Shown one piece after another: positions 17,741 to 27,546 of a stretch of 64,000 nucleotides of DNA. The notes beneath the pieces are model-generated. The model made no database searches and was not told the origin of the DNA. It was given only the letters and a program-made list of their open reading frames with translations. Each line of letters begins with the position of its first letter. The first letter of the stretch is position 1. Position numbers and translations under genes: made by a program. The stretch comes from an uncultured bacterium (GTDB taxonomy: Bacteria > Bacteroidota > Rhodothermia > Rhodothermales > UBA10348): positions 89,137 to 153,136 of the forward strand of contig CALIKL010000040.1 in assembly GCA_938018055.1 (NCBI GenBank). Direction: 5' to 3'.

Positions 17741-18658
17741 TTAATCTGTGTCGGGATAATTCGTGACCCAGTCGGATTCGGCTGCGAGGTAACCAAAGGA
17801 AGCCCAAGTCCCTTCGTCAAGGAGCGAACCGAGCAAGTTCTGGGCACGCTCGACGTCGTGGTTTTCGAAATGCCAATTGGCCACGCCGTAACGGATGGCA
17901 TCGCCCGCCGATCCATCGCCAGTCAGCTCCTCTTCGCTTATCAACCCCTTGTAGAACAGGGTCAGTTGGTGGTATGCATGGTTTTCGATGATGTCCATGT
18001 CTGCTGATATCGGTTCCAGCACGGCCGCTGCTGCCTCTTCATTGCCCATGCGGCGGTGAATCATGTAAAGCCAGTGGGTATTGGACACAACGTTGTCTGC
18101 ATAGGCGCCGGAAGCCAGGCTTCGCTCGTAAGCGCGCAGGGCGCTACGCATGTCTTGCTTCAGGTAATAGGCCAAGCCGAGGTGATAGTAGATGTTGCCA
18201 TGCAGCGTGCTGACGGGGATGCCTTGGGCGTTGGGCATCCCATCGGGCTCGACCTCGTTCTCAGTACCCTCGATCAGATCAGAGGCCTTCTCGAAATCGA
18301 TGATGGCGCGGTCCAGCTCTCTGATCGTGATATAGCGATGCCCTCGGTGACGATAGAAGCGTGCATCATCCGGAAAGCGTTCAATTCCCTCGGTGAACAG
18401 CGTGATCGCCTTATCGTAGTCTCCGGCATAGGCAGCAAAGCGTCCGTACCAGATCAGGGCATCAGCGCTGCCGGGATGCGCCTCGTAATCGCGTTCCCGC
18501 GCCTCGTACCGGGCTATCAGGGCGCTGTCTGGTGCGGACGCATACAGGTCACGCCCATCGAGCGAAATCGCATCTGGTGCATGGTCGGACATCGCCACAT
18601 CGTCAGCAGGCTGACAGGCGGCCACGACGAAGGCGAGCAGAATCAGGGTACGTTTCAT
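17741..18658 (-). CDS. Tetratricopeptide-repeat lipoprotein
   Basis: 305 aa with lipobox LLAFVVAACQP and repeated TPR-like A/Y/G patterns (YGRFAAYAGDYDKAITLFTEGI, YYHLGLAYYLKQDMRSALRAYERSL). Confidence 0.6.
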   Translation of the reverse strand: MKRTLILLAFVVAACQPADDVAMSDHAPDAISLDGRDLYASAPDSALIARYEARERDYEAHPGSADALIWYGRFAAYAGDYDKAITLFTEGIERFPDDARFYRHRGHRYITIRELDRAIIDFEKASDLIEGTENEVEPDGMPNAQGIPVSTLHGNIYYHLGLAYYLKQDMRSALRAYERSLASGAYADNVVSNTHWLYMIHRRMGNEEAAAAVLEPISADMDIIENHAYHQLTLFYKGLISEEELTGDGSAGDAIRYGVANWHFENHDVERAQNLLGSLLDEGTWASFGYLAAESDWVTNYPDTD

Positions 18659-18709
18659 GGTGATCAGGTCAGTAGGTTGAACGGCAGGTGCCTGTGCGGC
18701 AGGACCGGT

Positions 18710-19249
18710 TCAGTCAGAGGAAAGCGTGCGCTCAAAATAGCGGATTTCTGGTCCACCGGTCGAAAGGTGTCGCTGTTCGCCGCCTTCGAGACCCAATTTC
18801 CGAAGCACACGCACAGATGCTTCGTTGGTCACAGTCGTGAATGCGCAAACTTTTGGTAGCCTGAAAACGGTACGGGCTACGCCCACCATGGCATGCCCTG
18901 CCTCCGTCGCATACCCCCTTCCGTGGAAAGCGGCCAGGTAGGCAAAACCGACGTCAGGAAAGGTCAGCGTTTCGCGCTGCAAGAGCCCGCAGATTCCGAT
19001 TCGAGTAGACGTATCCACGAGTTCCACCGTGTTCATGCCAAAGCCGTGCTTGCGGTAATTGTCCCATCCAGCGGACTGAATGTATCCGAGGGCGTCTTCC
19101 AGGGTCCGTACCTCTTTATCCCCGATGTTTTCCAGGAAATCGGGTTCGTTGAGGAGCTCGAGAATGAACGCAGCGTCCTCGGTCTGCATGGGCCGGATCA
19201 GGAGTCGGTCAGTTTCGACGGGCAAGCCTCGGGCGTCATTCAGGCTCAT
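18710..19249 (-). CDS. GNAT family N-acetyltransferase (RimJ/RimL-like)
   Basis: 179 aa. TDRLLIRPMQTEDA... and the acetyl-CoA block FHGRGYATEAGHAMV are typical of GNAT. A 4-nt ATGA overlap links it to the upstream gene. Confidence 0.8.
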   Translation of the reverse strand: MSLNDARGLPVETDRLLIRPMQTEDAAFILELLNEPDFLENIGDKEVRTLEDALGYIQSAGWDNYRKHGFGMNTVELVDTSTRIGICGLLQRETLTFPDVGFAYLAAFHGRGYATEAGHAMVGVARTVFRLPKVCAFTTVTNEASVRVLRKLGLEGGEQRHLSTGGPEIRYFERTLSSD

Positions 19250-19668
19250 GGTGATGGGTTTCTGGCGCTGGTGATGCTTCGCAGAATGACCACGCCCACC
19301 ATGATGTCAAATGCGAGGCAGGCCCACACATACCACTCGGGGGCGTGCGTCCACGGGCCGATGGGAGCATGTAAAACCAGATCCCACACTGGGTGGAGTA
19401 ACCATCCTATGCCCAACCACCGGGGATCGTGGGTTACGGACAGGAGCACGAACACGCCAAAAACCAACACGCCGCATGCCTCTACCAGGATGGCCCAGTC
19501 AGATGCTCCTCCCAGAAAGGCAAGGACGACGTAGATCAACGCAGCGATAATCAGGGTCAACACGTAGTACTCGCGAGCCCGTTCTGGACGCGAGCCGACG
19601 TATCGGTTGAATGCAAAAGCGGCTAGGACACCGACCAGCAGGCCAATCAAGGCGGAACCTCCCATCAA
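19246..19668 (-). CDS. Hypothetical membrane protein (4 TM)
   Basis: 140 aa and hydrophobic. It is coupled by 4-nt overlaps on both sides (19665-19668 and 19246-19249). Confidence 0.5.
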   Translation of the reverse strand: MMGGSALIGLLVGVLAAFAFNRYVGSRPERAREYYVLTLIIAALIYVVLAFLGGASDWAILVEACGVLVFGVFVLLSVTHDPRWLGIGWLLHPVWDLVLHAPIGPWTHAPEWYVWACLAFDIMVGVVILRSITSARNPSP

Positions 19669-20570
19669 TACACCCCCAAGTCTTCTGCGTTGACAACACT
19701 TCCATCAAATTCTGATCGCACTTCTTCCAACAGCGTCTCCAGGGAAGAAGACCACTCCAATTGATGATAGAGCACCAATAATCCCGGTTGCGCGCGCTGT
19801 GCGATGCGGCCAAGCTCCTTAGCCGACGTATGGAACTGGGCGTGATAGCTTTGCCAGAACGGTGTGCGACGCTCCCAGGCAGAATCGGAGTATGCTTCGT
19901 GCAGCAGCACATCGCATTGCTGGCACATCTGCTCGATGATGTCTGATTCTGCCGTATCGCCCGAGATGACGATGACCCGATCCGGTGTCGTGAACCGGTA
20001 GCCGAACGCATCCGGCCAGCTTCCATGTGGGACATTGAATGCCTCCACCGTAACCAGTGAATCCTGATACACAACCCCGGCGGTCACATCGTGCGCTTCT
20101 ACGCGCCATCCCGTGTTGTTGGCTGGTTCCAGTCCGTACAGCCGGATCTGGATATCCCGTTCGTAGGCCTTCAACAGGTGATAGGCCATGTCTGAGGTGC
20201 CTTCCGGACCGTACAATTCCAGCGGATCCGTGCGCTCGAGTACCCAGGGTGAGAGCATAAGATCAGGCAAACCCACCGTGTGGTCCGAGTGCAAGTGCGT
20301 CAGGAACGCCTTGCTCAATTTGGTCATGTGCAAGCCTTCTATGCCCTGGTCAACTGCAGCCTGAGCGCGACGAACGATGCCTGGCCCCGCATCCACGATG
20401 TAGGGAGTCGTTCCTACAACGATGGCCACGCTGGGACCGCTTCGATCCGGCATGGGATTGGGCGTACCGGTGCCCAGCATCACGACTTTGGTTTCGATGG
20501 CTGGAGGCTCCTGTGCCGATGCGGGCAGCAGCACTAGAAGGGTGACAATCAGGAAGGACAGGGTGCGCAT
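19665..20570 (-). CDS. Secreted MBL-fold metallo-hydrolase (RNase Z / beta-lactamase-like)
   Basis: ORF 19665-20630. I moved the start to M21 (20570), giving the signal peptide MRTLSFLIVTLLVLLPASAQ. It has the HLHSDH zinc motif. Confidence 0.8.
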   Translation of the reverse strand: MRTLSFLIVTLLVLLPASAQEPPAIETKVVMLGTGTPNPMPDRSGPSVAIVVGTTPYIVDAGPGIVRRAQAAVDQGIEGLHMTKLSKAFLTHLHSDHTVGLPDLMLSPWVLERTDPLELYGPEGTSDMAYHLLKAYERDIQIRLYGLEPANNTGWRVEAHDVTAGVVYQDSLVTVEAFNVPHGSWPDAFGYRFTTPDRVIVISGDTAESDIIEQMCQQCDVLLHEAYSDSAWERRTPFWQSYHAQFHTSAKELGRIAQRAQPGLLVLYHQLEWSSSLETLLEEVRSEFDGSVVNAEDLGVY

Positions 20571-20699
20571 GTTGGCAGAGTTGGGGTAGCTGGAGGAAGT
20601 ATGGTACGAGTGCAGCAGATTCGTGTCCAAATTTGCCAGAGAATTCAGCGGTTCACGGCCATAGGGGAATTACCAGTTGCCACTTGTCGGAAATGAAAC

Positions 20700-20731
20700 G
20701 GGCCGGGCTCGCCATGCGGCGAGCCCGGCCC
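20700..20731 (-). terminator. Intrinsic terminator-like hairpin after the AbgT-family gene
   Basis: Perfect 14-bp stem GGGCCGGGCTCGCC / GGCGAGCCCGGCCC with a 4-nt loop, 26 nt downstream of the stop at 20757. On the minus strand it is followed by GTTTCATTTCC. Confidence 0.6.
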
Positions 20732-20756
20732 GTCTGGTTGATTCGGCCGAAACGGC

Positions 20757-22313
20757 TTACATAGCCGGAGGTGGATAGCTGTAGAAGGCCTGCAGACCGA
20801 GCGGAATGCCAATCGCCCAGAAGACGAGCAGGAAGATCGACCAGACCACCAGGAAGACCACCGTGTACGGGATCATGATGGAGGTCAGCGTGCCGATGCC
20901 CGTCTTCTTGAAATACCGCTGGCAGTAAACCACCACGAGCGGGAAGTATGGCATCAGCGGCGTGATGATGTTCGAAGACGAATCTCCCACGCGGTAGGCT
21001 GCCTGTGTCAGCTCGGGCGAGATGCCGACCTGCATGAGCATGGGCACGAAGATCGGAGCGAGCAGCGCCCACTTGGCCGAAGCCGAGCCCACGAACAGGT
21101 TTACAAAGGCTGTCAGGAAGACAATACCAACGATCGTGACACCGCCCGGGAAGGCCAGGGCCTTGAGCAGAGCAGCGCCTTTGAGGGCGAGCAGGGCGCC
21201 GATATTCGACTGACCGAAAGCGTATACGAAGAGGGCGCAGAAGAAGGCCATCACGATGTAGTAGGACATCCCATTCATGGCCTTGGTCATGGCATCGACC
21301 ATGTCCTTCGACTTGCGGAATTTGCCCGTGACATATCCGAAAACCACCCCAGGCAGCAGGAAGAGCAAGAAGATCAGCGGCACAATGGACTGCATGATCG
21401 GTGCTTGGAAACTGTTCAGACTGCCGCTGGCGTCACGCATGGGGGAGTCTTCTGGAAGGAGGATGAGCACCAGTGCGACCAAGCCGGCCACCAGGGTCAG
21501 CGTAGACCACACGAAGGCCTTCTTCTCGACCGCCGAAACCGAATCCATGTCCTCTGCTTTTTCAGCATCCTCATCGACCGGCGTGGTCCGATTCAGGCGA
21601 GGCTCGATGATCCAGTCGGTGATGGCCCAGCCGAGCGCCACGATCAGGATGGATGAGATGGCGGTGAAGTAGTAGTTACCCAGCGGGTTGACCAGCACCG
21701 ACGGGTCGATGATCTGCGCGGCGGGTTGGGTAAAGCCCTGCAGCAGCGGATCGAGAGCGCCTGGCAGCGGGTTGGCCGAGAAGCCTCCAGAAACTCCTGC
21801 AAAGGCAGCAGCGATACCCGCAATAGGATGGCGCCCAACGGCATAGAAAATGATACCGCCCAGTGGAATCACCAGGACATAACCGGCATCAATAGCGCTG
21901 TGCGATACGAGACCAACCAGGACGACCATCGGCGTCATGAGCGCTTTCGGCGTCCAGGACAGGGTCATTTTGATACTGGTGTTGAAATAACCGGCTTCGT
22001 CAGCTACTCCTACTCCGAGCATGGCCACCAGTACGACGCCAAGAGGAGCGAAGCCGGTGAAAATGGTCACCATCTGTGAGAGGAAGGTCGCCATCGCATC
22101 CCCGGCAAGCAGGTTGTTGATGACGATGGGAACGCCCGATCGAGGATCAATGTCGGCAAACGACATACCTGACATCAGCCAGGACAGGATCCAGACGACA
22201 ATCAGGGAAATGAGGAAGAGCATCGCCGGATCGGGCAGTTTATTGCCGATCACTTCGATACGGTTTAGAGCCCGTTCGACAAAGCCGGGCTTGGCTTGTG
22301 CAGTGGTGTCCAT
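20757..22313 (-). CDS. AbgT family transporter (p-aminobenzoyl-glutamate transporter family)
   Basis: 518-aa polytopic membrane protein. The N-terminus (FVERALNRIEVIGNKLPDPAMLF) and overall pattern are typical of AbgT/MtrF. Confidence 0.85.
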   Translation of the reverse strand: MDTTAQAKPGFVERALNRIEVIGNKLPDPAMLFLISLIVVWILSWLMSGMSFADIDPRSGVPIVINNLLAGDAMATFLSQMVTIFTGFAPLGVVLVAMLGVGVADEAGYFNTSIKMTLSWTPKALMTPMVVLVGLVSHSAIDAGYVLVIPLGGIIFYAVGRHPIAGIAAAFAGVSGGFSANPLPGALDPLLQGFTQPAAQIIDPSVLVNPLGNYYFTAISSILIVALGWAITDWIIEPRLNRTTPVDEDAEKAEDMDSVSAVEKKAFVWSTLTLVAGLVALVLILLPEDSPMRDASGSLNSFQAPIMQSIVPLIFLLFLLPGVVFGYVTGKFRKSKDMVDAMTKAMNGMSYYIVMAFFCALFVYAFGQSNIGALLALKGAALLKALAFPGGVTIVGIVFLTAFVNLFVGSASAKWALLAPIFVPMLMQVGISPELTQAAYRVGDSSSNIITPLMPYFPLVVVYCQRYFKKTGIGTLTSIMIPYTVVFLVVWSIFLLVFWAIGIPLGLQAFYSYPPPAM

Positions 22314-22527
22314 GCGGGTAACGTCTGATGAACGAATCGCATGAATCTACGGGGTCGCTTTCGGAATCGCGAGGTCTGGGGATACCATTTCTTGCGGGTC
22401 ACGAAGCAGTCGAGCGAATTGGAGCACCAAGGTGGAATGCTTTGAGGATCCAAATCGTCCGAATTCAAGAAACGCGGTGCATGCAGCCGCGTTATGCGGA
22501 TTCCGCGCTTCTTTTCAACCAGTCTAT

Positions 22528-24927
22528 ATGTCCATGAAAAGCACGTTTTTCCATCGTTTGCTGGGCCTTCTGGCGATCGAGTTGATGCTCGCGCTCGTCG
22601 CATTGCCTGCAGTCGCCCAATCGCTGGCTGTTTCTGGTTCAACCGGTCTCGGATTCGGAGGCACCCTTTCGGTTTCAGGTGATCACATTGTGGTAGGCTC
22701 TGCCCCCACGGGTTGGCCTCGCGGGGATGAGCCCGCCGGTGTCATTTATGTTTACCAACGGGATGCGGACGGCGCATGGATGGAAGCGGCGCGTCTCATG
22801 GCCTCCGACGCCCAGACGGGCGATGACTTTGGTCGCACCGTGTTCATGCGCGATGATCGCATTGTGGTAGGCGCACCGGGCATGAGTACGGCCTACGTAT
22901 TCGACCGTCAGGAAGATGGCAGCTGGGCAGAGACCGGTAAACTGCAGCCGGGTGATCTTGCTGAAGGTGCAGAATTCGGCGGGGCCTACGCGCGCGCAGG
23001 AAGCCGAACCGGCAACATCGCCTTTGCCAAGGACCAGATCATTGTTACGTCCTATAACGGTGACACCCACACCGGGGCAGCACACGTATTCAAGCCGGGC
23101 AATGACGGGTGGGAAGAAATGACTGTGCTGCAGGCGGCCACGGCCAAAGAAGGTGACGGATTTGGTTTCAGTGTGGCAGCCGACGACGGAAACATCTTCG
23201 TTTCTGCACCTCGCACCAACGAGCAGGCCGGCGTCGTATACGTATTCATGGACCATGGTTACTGGATGCAGATGGGAATGCTGCGTCCTTCTGGAGAAGG
23301 TGCAGCACAGCTCGGTTCGTCACTCACCGTTTCGAACGGAAAGGTGTTCGCTGGCGCCCCAGCTACCAATCGCACCGGTGCTCTCGAAGTGTATGCCCTT
23401 CAGCCGAACGGCATGTTTGGACATGAAGCCACGATGGTCCCGGAACTGGAGGAGGGCGAACGGCTCTTCGGCTTCGGTCGCAGCGTCGCTGTTTCTGGCA
23501 GCCACGCCATGGTCACAGCCGGTGGATCGGCCTATGCCGTGAACCTGGAATCAGGAGGCATGACCCCAATTTCTGCACCAGACCGCCGCTTCCAGCCCGG
23601 ATTTGGTATTGGCGCATCACTTGATGGAGCTATTGCTGCCATCGGAAGCCCCACAGCTGACTACGAAGCTGGTGTGGCTACGGTGTGGGAAAACCACGGG
23701 GGTTTGTGGCACCATACCGGCATTTTGGCCAGTGATGTCAGTCGTTTCTCTTCGTACACAGACGGTAAAGTCGAGTGCGAAGAAGGCGATGCGCAGGGTT
23801 TCGCCTGTGATAACGTAGATCTCGTCTCCTTCCTCAGCATTGGTGACGTGTCCAGTGATCGCGGTGTAGGCATGACGGATATCTGGGGTTGGGAAGATCC
23901 GGAAACGGGTAAGGAGTGGGTCATCCTTGGTCGTACCGAGGGTGTTTCCTTCATAGACATCAGCAACCCATCGAACCCGGTTTGGGTGGGTGAGATGATG
24001 AAAACCGCATCTTCACCAGGTAGTGGTTGGAGGGATGTAAAGGTGTATAAGGACCATGCATTCGTGGTGGCAGACGGCGCCGAGCAGCACGGTCTGCAGA
24101 TCTTCGATCTGACCCAGCTACGCGATGTCGATCCGGCCGACATGCCGGTGACCTTCCCGGAAACAGCCCGCTACGATGGCACCGCTTCAACGCACAACGT
24201 GGTCATCAACGAGGCCTCCGGGTATGCCTACCTCGTGGGTAACCGTTCCGGCGGCGAAACCTGCAGCGGACAGCTTCACATGGTAGATATCCGCGATCCA
24301 CAGAATCCGGTGTTCGCAGGATGTCAGTCTTTCGCCGATGCTGGCGGCACGCATGATTCGCAGTGTGTCCTTTACCGTGGCGACGACACGGATTTCAACG
24401 GAAGCGAAATCTGCTTCAACTCGAGCGGCAACATGTTTGTGATCGCGGATGTGACGGACAAGGCCGATCCGGTCACGCTCGCCGCTACGTCTTACCCGAA
24501 TCAAGCCTATACCCACCAGGGATGGCTGACCGAGGACCACAACTACTTCTACATGAACGATGAACTGGACGAGATGGGTGGTCTGACCGAGAAAACCCGG
24601 ACGCTCATCTGGGATGTGCGCGATCTTGAGGATCCGGTGCTCGTGCGCGAGTTCTTCCTGTCGAATGCCGCATCGGATCATAACCTGTACATCAAGGGCA
24701 ACTTCATGTACCAGTCGAACTACCAGGCGGGCCTGCGCATTCTGGATGTCTCTGATCCGGAGAACCCGGTTGAAATCGGGCACTTCGACACGGTGCCGTT
24801 CGGGGAAGATGAAGCAGGCTTTGGTGGCTCATGGAGCAATTATCCTTACTTCCGCAGCGGTGTGATCGCCGTATCGAGTCGTGGAGAAGGACTCTTCCTC
24901 CTGCAGAAGCGAGAACTGGATCTATAG
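22528..24927 (+). CDS. Secreted choice-of-anchor-B / LVIVD-repeat beta-propeller protein with N-terminal FG-GAP-like repeats
   Basis: ORF 22432-24927. I moved the start to 22528/22534, giving a signal peptide (MKSTFFHRLLGLLAIELMLALVALPAVAQS). It has repeated GDDFG/GDGFG...VGAP motifs. The C-terminal half (GYAYLVG..., HNLYIKGNFMYQSNYQAGLRILD) fits the choice-of-anchor-B/LVIVD pattern. Confidence 0.65.
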   Translation: MSMKSTFFHRLLGLLAIELMLALVALPAVAQSLAVSGSTGLGFGGTLSVSGDHIVVGSAPTGWPRGDEPAGVIYVYQRDADGAWMEAARLMASDAQTGDDFGRTVFMRDDRIVVGAPGMSTAYVFDRQEDGSWAETGKLQPGDLAEGAEFGGAYARAGSRTGNIAFAKDQIIVTSYNGDTHTGAAHVFKPGNDGWEEMTVLQAATAKEGDGFGFSVAADDGNIFVSAPRTNEQAGVVYVFMDHGYWMQMGMLRPSGEGAAQLGSSLTVSNGKVFAGAPATNRTGALEVYALQPNGMFGHEATMVPELEEGERLFGFGRSVAVSGSHAMVTAGGSAYAVNLESGGMTPISAPDRRFQPGFGIGASLDGAIAAIGSPTADYEAGVATVWENHGGLWHHTGILASDVSRFSSYTDGKVECEEGDAQGFACDNVDLVSFLSIGDVSSDRGVGMTDIWGWEDPETGKEWVILGRTEGVSFIDISNPSNPVWVGEMMKTASSPGSGWRDVKVYKDHAFVVADGAEQHGLQIFDLTQLRDVDPADMPVTFPETARYDGTASTHNVVINEASGYAYLVGNRSGGETCSGQLHMVDIRDPQNPVFAGCQSFADAGGTHDSQCVLYRGDDTDFNGSEICFNSSGNMFVIADVTDKADPVTLAATSYPNQAYTHQGWLTEDHNYFYMNDELDEMGGLTEKTRTLIWDVRDLEDPVLVREFFLSNAASDHNLYIKGNFMYQSNYQAGLRILDVSDPENPVEIGHFDTVPFGEDEAGFGGSWSNYPYFRSGVIAVSSRGEGLFLLQKRELDL

Positions 24928-24998
24928 CAATGTGACGTGGTACGGCTGGGTTTCACCGTCTGGTGAAACCCAGCCGCCCTCAACCCGTCCCACTCGAT

Positions 24999-25412
24999 AT
25001 GTCTTCGTCACGTACATCAACGCGCCGCAACTTCCTGAAAGTTGCCTTTGCCGGAATGGGCCTCAGCGTCCTTCCAGCACGTGCTTTTGCTCGTTTCGAG
25101 CATCCGGAGCCACGTGAAGGAATCGATGCCTCTCTCGTCATTTCCGACGAGCAGGCGGCTCGCTATGGAGAGGAAGCCGTGGAAGTCGTGCAGATGATCC
25201 GCGAGATCCCTGAAATCGCGGACGGGATCGGGTGTTATTGTGGGTGCCACGTGCGACCAGGCTATCGTTCGCTTCTGACCTGTTTTTACGAGGATGGCCG
25301 GGGAGCCGGCTGTCCCATTTGCCAGGGCGAGGCCAGATTGGCTCATCGCCGACACAAGGAGGGCCAGTCCCTCGATCGTATCCGGCGCGCCATCGACGCG
25401 CGATTCGGGTGA
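24999..25412 (+). CDS. Tat-exported PCYCGC-motif protein
   Basis: ORF 24963-25412. I moved the start to the ATG at 24999. It has a perfect Tat motif (TRRNFLKVAFAGMGLSVLPARA), a GCYCGCH cysteine cluster and a CPICQGE pair. Confidence 0.65.
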   Translation: MSSSRTSTRRNFLKVAFAGMGLSVLPARAFARFEHPEPREGIDASLVISDEQAARYGEEAVEVVQMIREIPEIADGIGCYCGCHVRPGYRSLLTCFYEDGRGAGCPICQGEARLAHRRHKEGQSLDRIRRAIDARFG

Positions 25413-25436
25413 CCTGTCACTGATCCTACCTGATCC

Positions 25437-26348
25437 ATGCATCGATTATTGCCGGCACTGACCTTATCCGGTCTCCTGTTTTTTTCGCTTCTCCTGCTTC
25501 CTCAACAAGCGGATGCGCAGATTGCGATGAGTCCTCGCGGTTCCGTGTCTCAGACGATTGATGGGACCACGATTGATATCGAGTATTCCCGGCCGCGTTT
25601 GCGCGGGCGTACGGGAATGTTCGGGGGACCAATCTGGTGGGGCCACATCTGGACGCCTGGAGCCGATTGGGCAACGACCATCGAGGTGAACAACGATTTT
25701 ACCTTGTCGGGAACGGAGATCCCTGCCGGAAAATATTCCATCTGGATGGTGGTCACCGAGGAAGGAGACTGGGAAGTGATCATCGATCCCGAATGGAAGC
25801 AGTTTCACTTGCCGGAGCCGGAAAAGAACGGCGACGAGATCACGTTCTGGATAACGCCGAATCGCGAGGGTCCCATGACCGAGACCCTGACATTCCAGTT
25901 CGTTGACAACACGAACTCAGGAACGACGCTTCGTCTTCGCTTTGAGGATCATGAAGTCCACATGCCGATCGAGGTCCCGTCACGCCTTCAGATGTTCGTT
26001 ACCGAAGAAGAGGTTGCGCCGTATGTGGGTACCTACAAGACGCAGGTGAACGAGTATCTGAGGACGCCTGTGGCATTCGAGTATGATATGAACATATGGT
26101 TCGAAGAGGATCAGCTGCGCTTCAATATGCAGCTGTCCGCTGACGACCCAAACTTCATGTTTCAAACCGGCATCCTCCCCCTGCCACAAGCCGAGGGCAT
26201 CTTCTACTTGTCGTTCCTGGAAAACGGTGAAGTATTCCAGACGCTCGAAGACATGGTTGAGTTCGTCTACGATGATTCTGGAGCTGTATCAGGGTTCGAG
26301 CTTCGTGCCGAAGACGATACGCTATGGATGGTGGGGACCCGGCAGTAG
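25437..26348 (+). CDS. Secreted DUF2911 domain protein (second paralog in the window)
   Basis: 303 aa with a signal peptide. SQTIDGTTIDIEYSRPRLRGR...IWTPGADWATTIEVNNDFTLSGTEIPAGKYSIWMV fits the DUF2911 pattern. Confidence 0.7.
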   Translation: MHRLLPALTLSGLLFFSLLLLPQQADAQIAMSPRGSVSQTIDGTTIDIEYSRPRLRGRTGMFGGPIWWGHIWTPGADWATTIEVNNDFTLSGTEIPAGKYSIWMVVTEEGDWEVIIDPEWKQFHLPEPEKNGDEITFWITPNREGPMTETLTFQFVDNTNSGTTLRLRFEDHEVHMPIEVPSRLQMFVTEEEVAPYVGTYKTQVNEYLRTPVAFEYDMNIWFEEDQLRFNMQLSADDPNFMFQTGILPLPQAEGIFYLSFLENGEVFQTLEDMVEFVYDDSGAVSGFELRAEDDTLWMVGTRQ

Positions 26349-26447
26349 CAGGGCCGCCCAGGAATCATTTAGGCCTGCCCCACGGCTTGCACGAAGGACA
26401 GGGTGTGCACGCCTCGCCTGATCGTGCTCCAGGGGCTCCTTGGAGGT

Positions 26448-27476
26448 CTATGCTCCGGGCCAGGTATCGCCCACTCGATAGCCCTGTGGCCATGGATCTT
26501 CCGGGTCGAGCATCAACTGCCTGGTTCCAACAATCCAAGCCCGTCCGGAAACGGTAGGAATAACTGCGTCCCGATCACCGACGTTGGTCGTCCCTTCAAT
26601 CCGTCCTATGAATTCGGAGTCTATGATTGAACGGGCTCGGTACGTCATGCTCGCATCCATGAGACCCTTCGCGTGCAAGACGGCCATGCGCGCAGAAACG
26701 CCCGTACCGGTCGGGCAACGGTCCAGTTTTCCAGGACGAATAGCGACCGTATTGCGGCCGTTCAGAACCCCGTCTTTCTCTTCGAGAGGTTCCGTGAACT
26801 GACAAAACGATATGTGATCCCAATCAGGATTTTCAGGATGAGTGAATCCCAATTGTTCGTTTGCTGCCGCAACGATGCGCACACCAACCTCGGCCAGATC
26901 ACGAGCGTTGGATGGATCCAGCTGAACACCCGCTGCGTGCGCATCTACGATGACAAAGCTGTCACCGCCGTAGGCAGTATCTACCTTCAGTAACCCTATT
27001 CCAGGTACGTCCAGCTGCGCGTCGAGCCGGTCTGCAAAGGAAGGGACATTCGTGATCTGCACGCGTTCGGCCTTCCCATTCCTGCACGTGGCGCGAACGC
27101 GCACCAAGCCCCCCGGTGCTTCTAATGTGAGCAGGGTTTCGGGTTCGGACATAGGTATCAACCCGGTATCGAGAAGGGCCGTAGCAACACACATCGAATT
27201 GGAACCCGACATGGGCGGTGTATCCGCCGGTTCCATGATGATGAAGCCCATGTCCGCTTCTGGATGTTTCGCGGGGACGAGCAGGTTTACATGACGAAAA
27301 ACCCCTCCTCGTGGCTCATTCAGGACGAAATTGCGTAGTGTTTCGTCGTTTGCAATGAAAGAGCGCTGGTCCCATATCGTTTCTCCAGGAGGTGCAGGAA
27401 CGCCCCCTACAATTACATCACCCACTTCGCCTTCAGCGTGTACGCTGACAATATGAATCAATTTTTCAGTTCTCAT
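26448..27476 (-). CDS. Proline racemase family enzyme, Cys/Thr active-site type (predicted trans-3-hydroxy-L-proline dehydratase)
   Basis: 342 aa. The first catalytic Cys is in [11 protein letters not shown] (C96; codon 27189-27191 checked). The second catalytic position in [13 protein letters not shown] is Thr (T256; codon 26709-26711 checked), where racemases and epimerases have DRSPCGTG. Confidence 0.8.
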   Translation of the reverse strand: MRTEKLIHIVSVHAEGEVGDVIVGGVPAPPGETIWDQRSFIANDETLRNFVLNEPRGGVFRHVNLLVPAKHPEADMGFIIMEPADTPPMSGSNSMCVATALLDTGLIPMSEPETLLTLEAPGGLVRVRATCRNGKAERVQITNVPSFADRLDAQLDVPGIGLLKVDTAYGGDSFVIVDAHAAGVQLDPSNARDLAEVGVRIVAAANEQLGFTHPENPDWDHISFCQFTEPLEEKDGVLNGRNTVAIRPGKLDRCPTGTGVSARMAVLHAKGLMDASMTYRARSIIDSEFIGRIEGTTNVGDRDAVIPTVSGRAWIVGTRQLMLDPEDPWPQGYRVGDTWPGA

Positions 27477-27546
27477 GCTGAAAAAAGTCGGGTTTGTTTC
27501 GTCCTGTCGCGTTCAGTCTGGTGGTATTCAGGTAATCGTCAGGATA

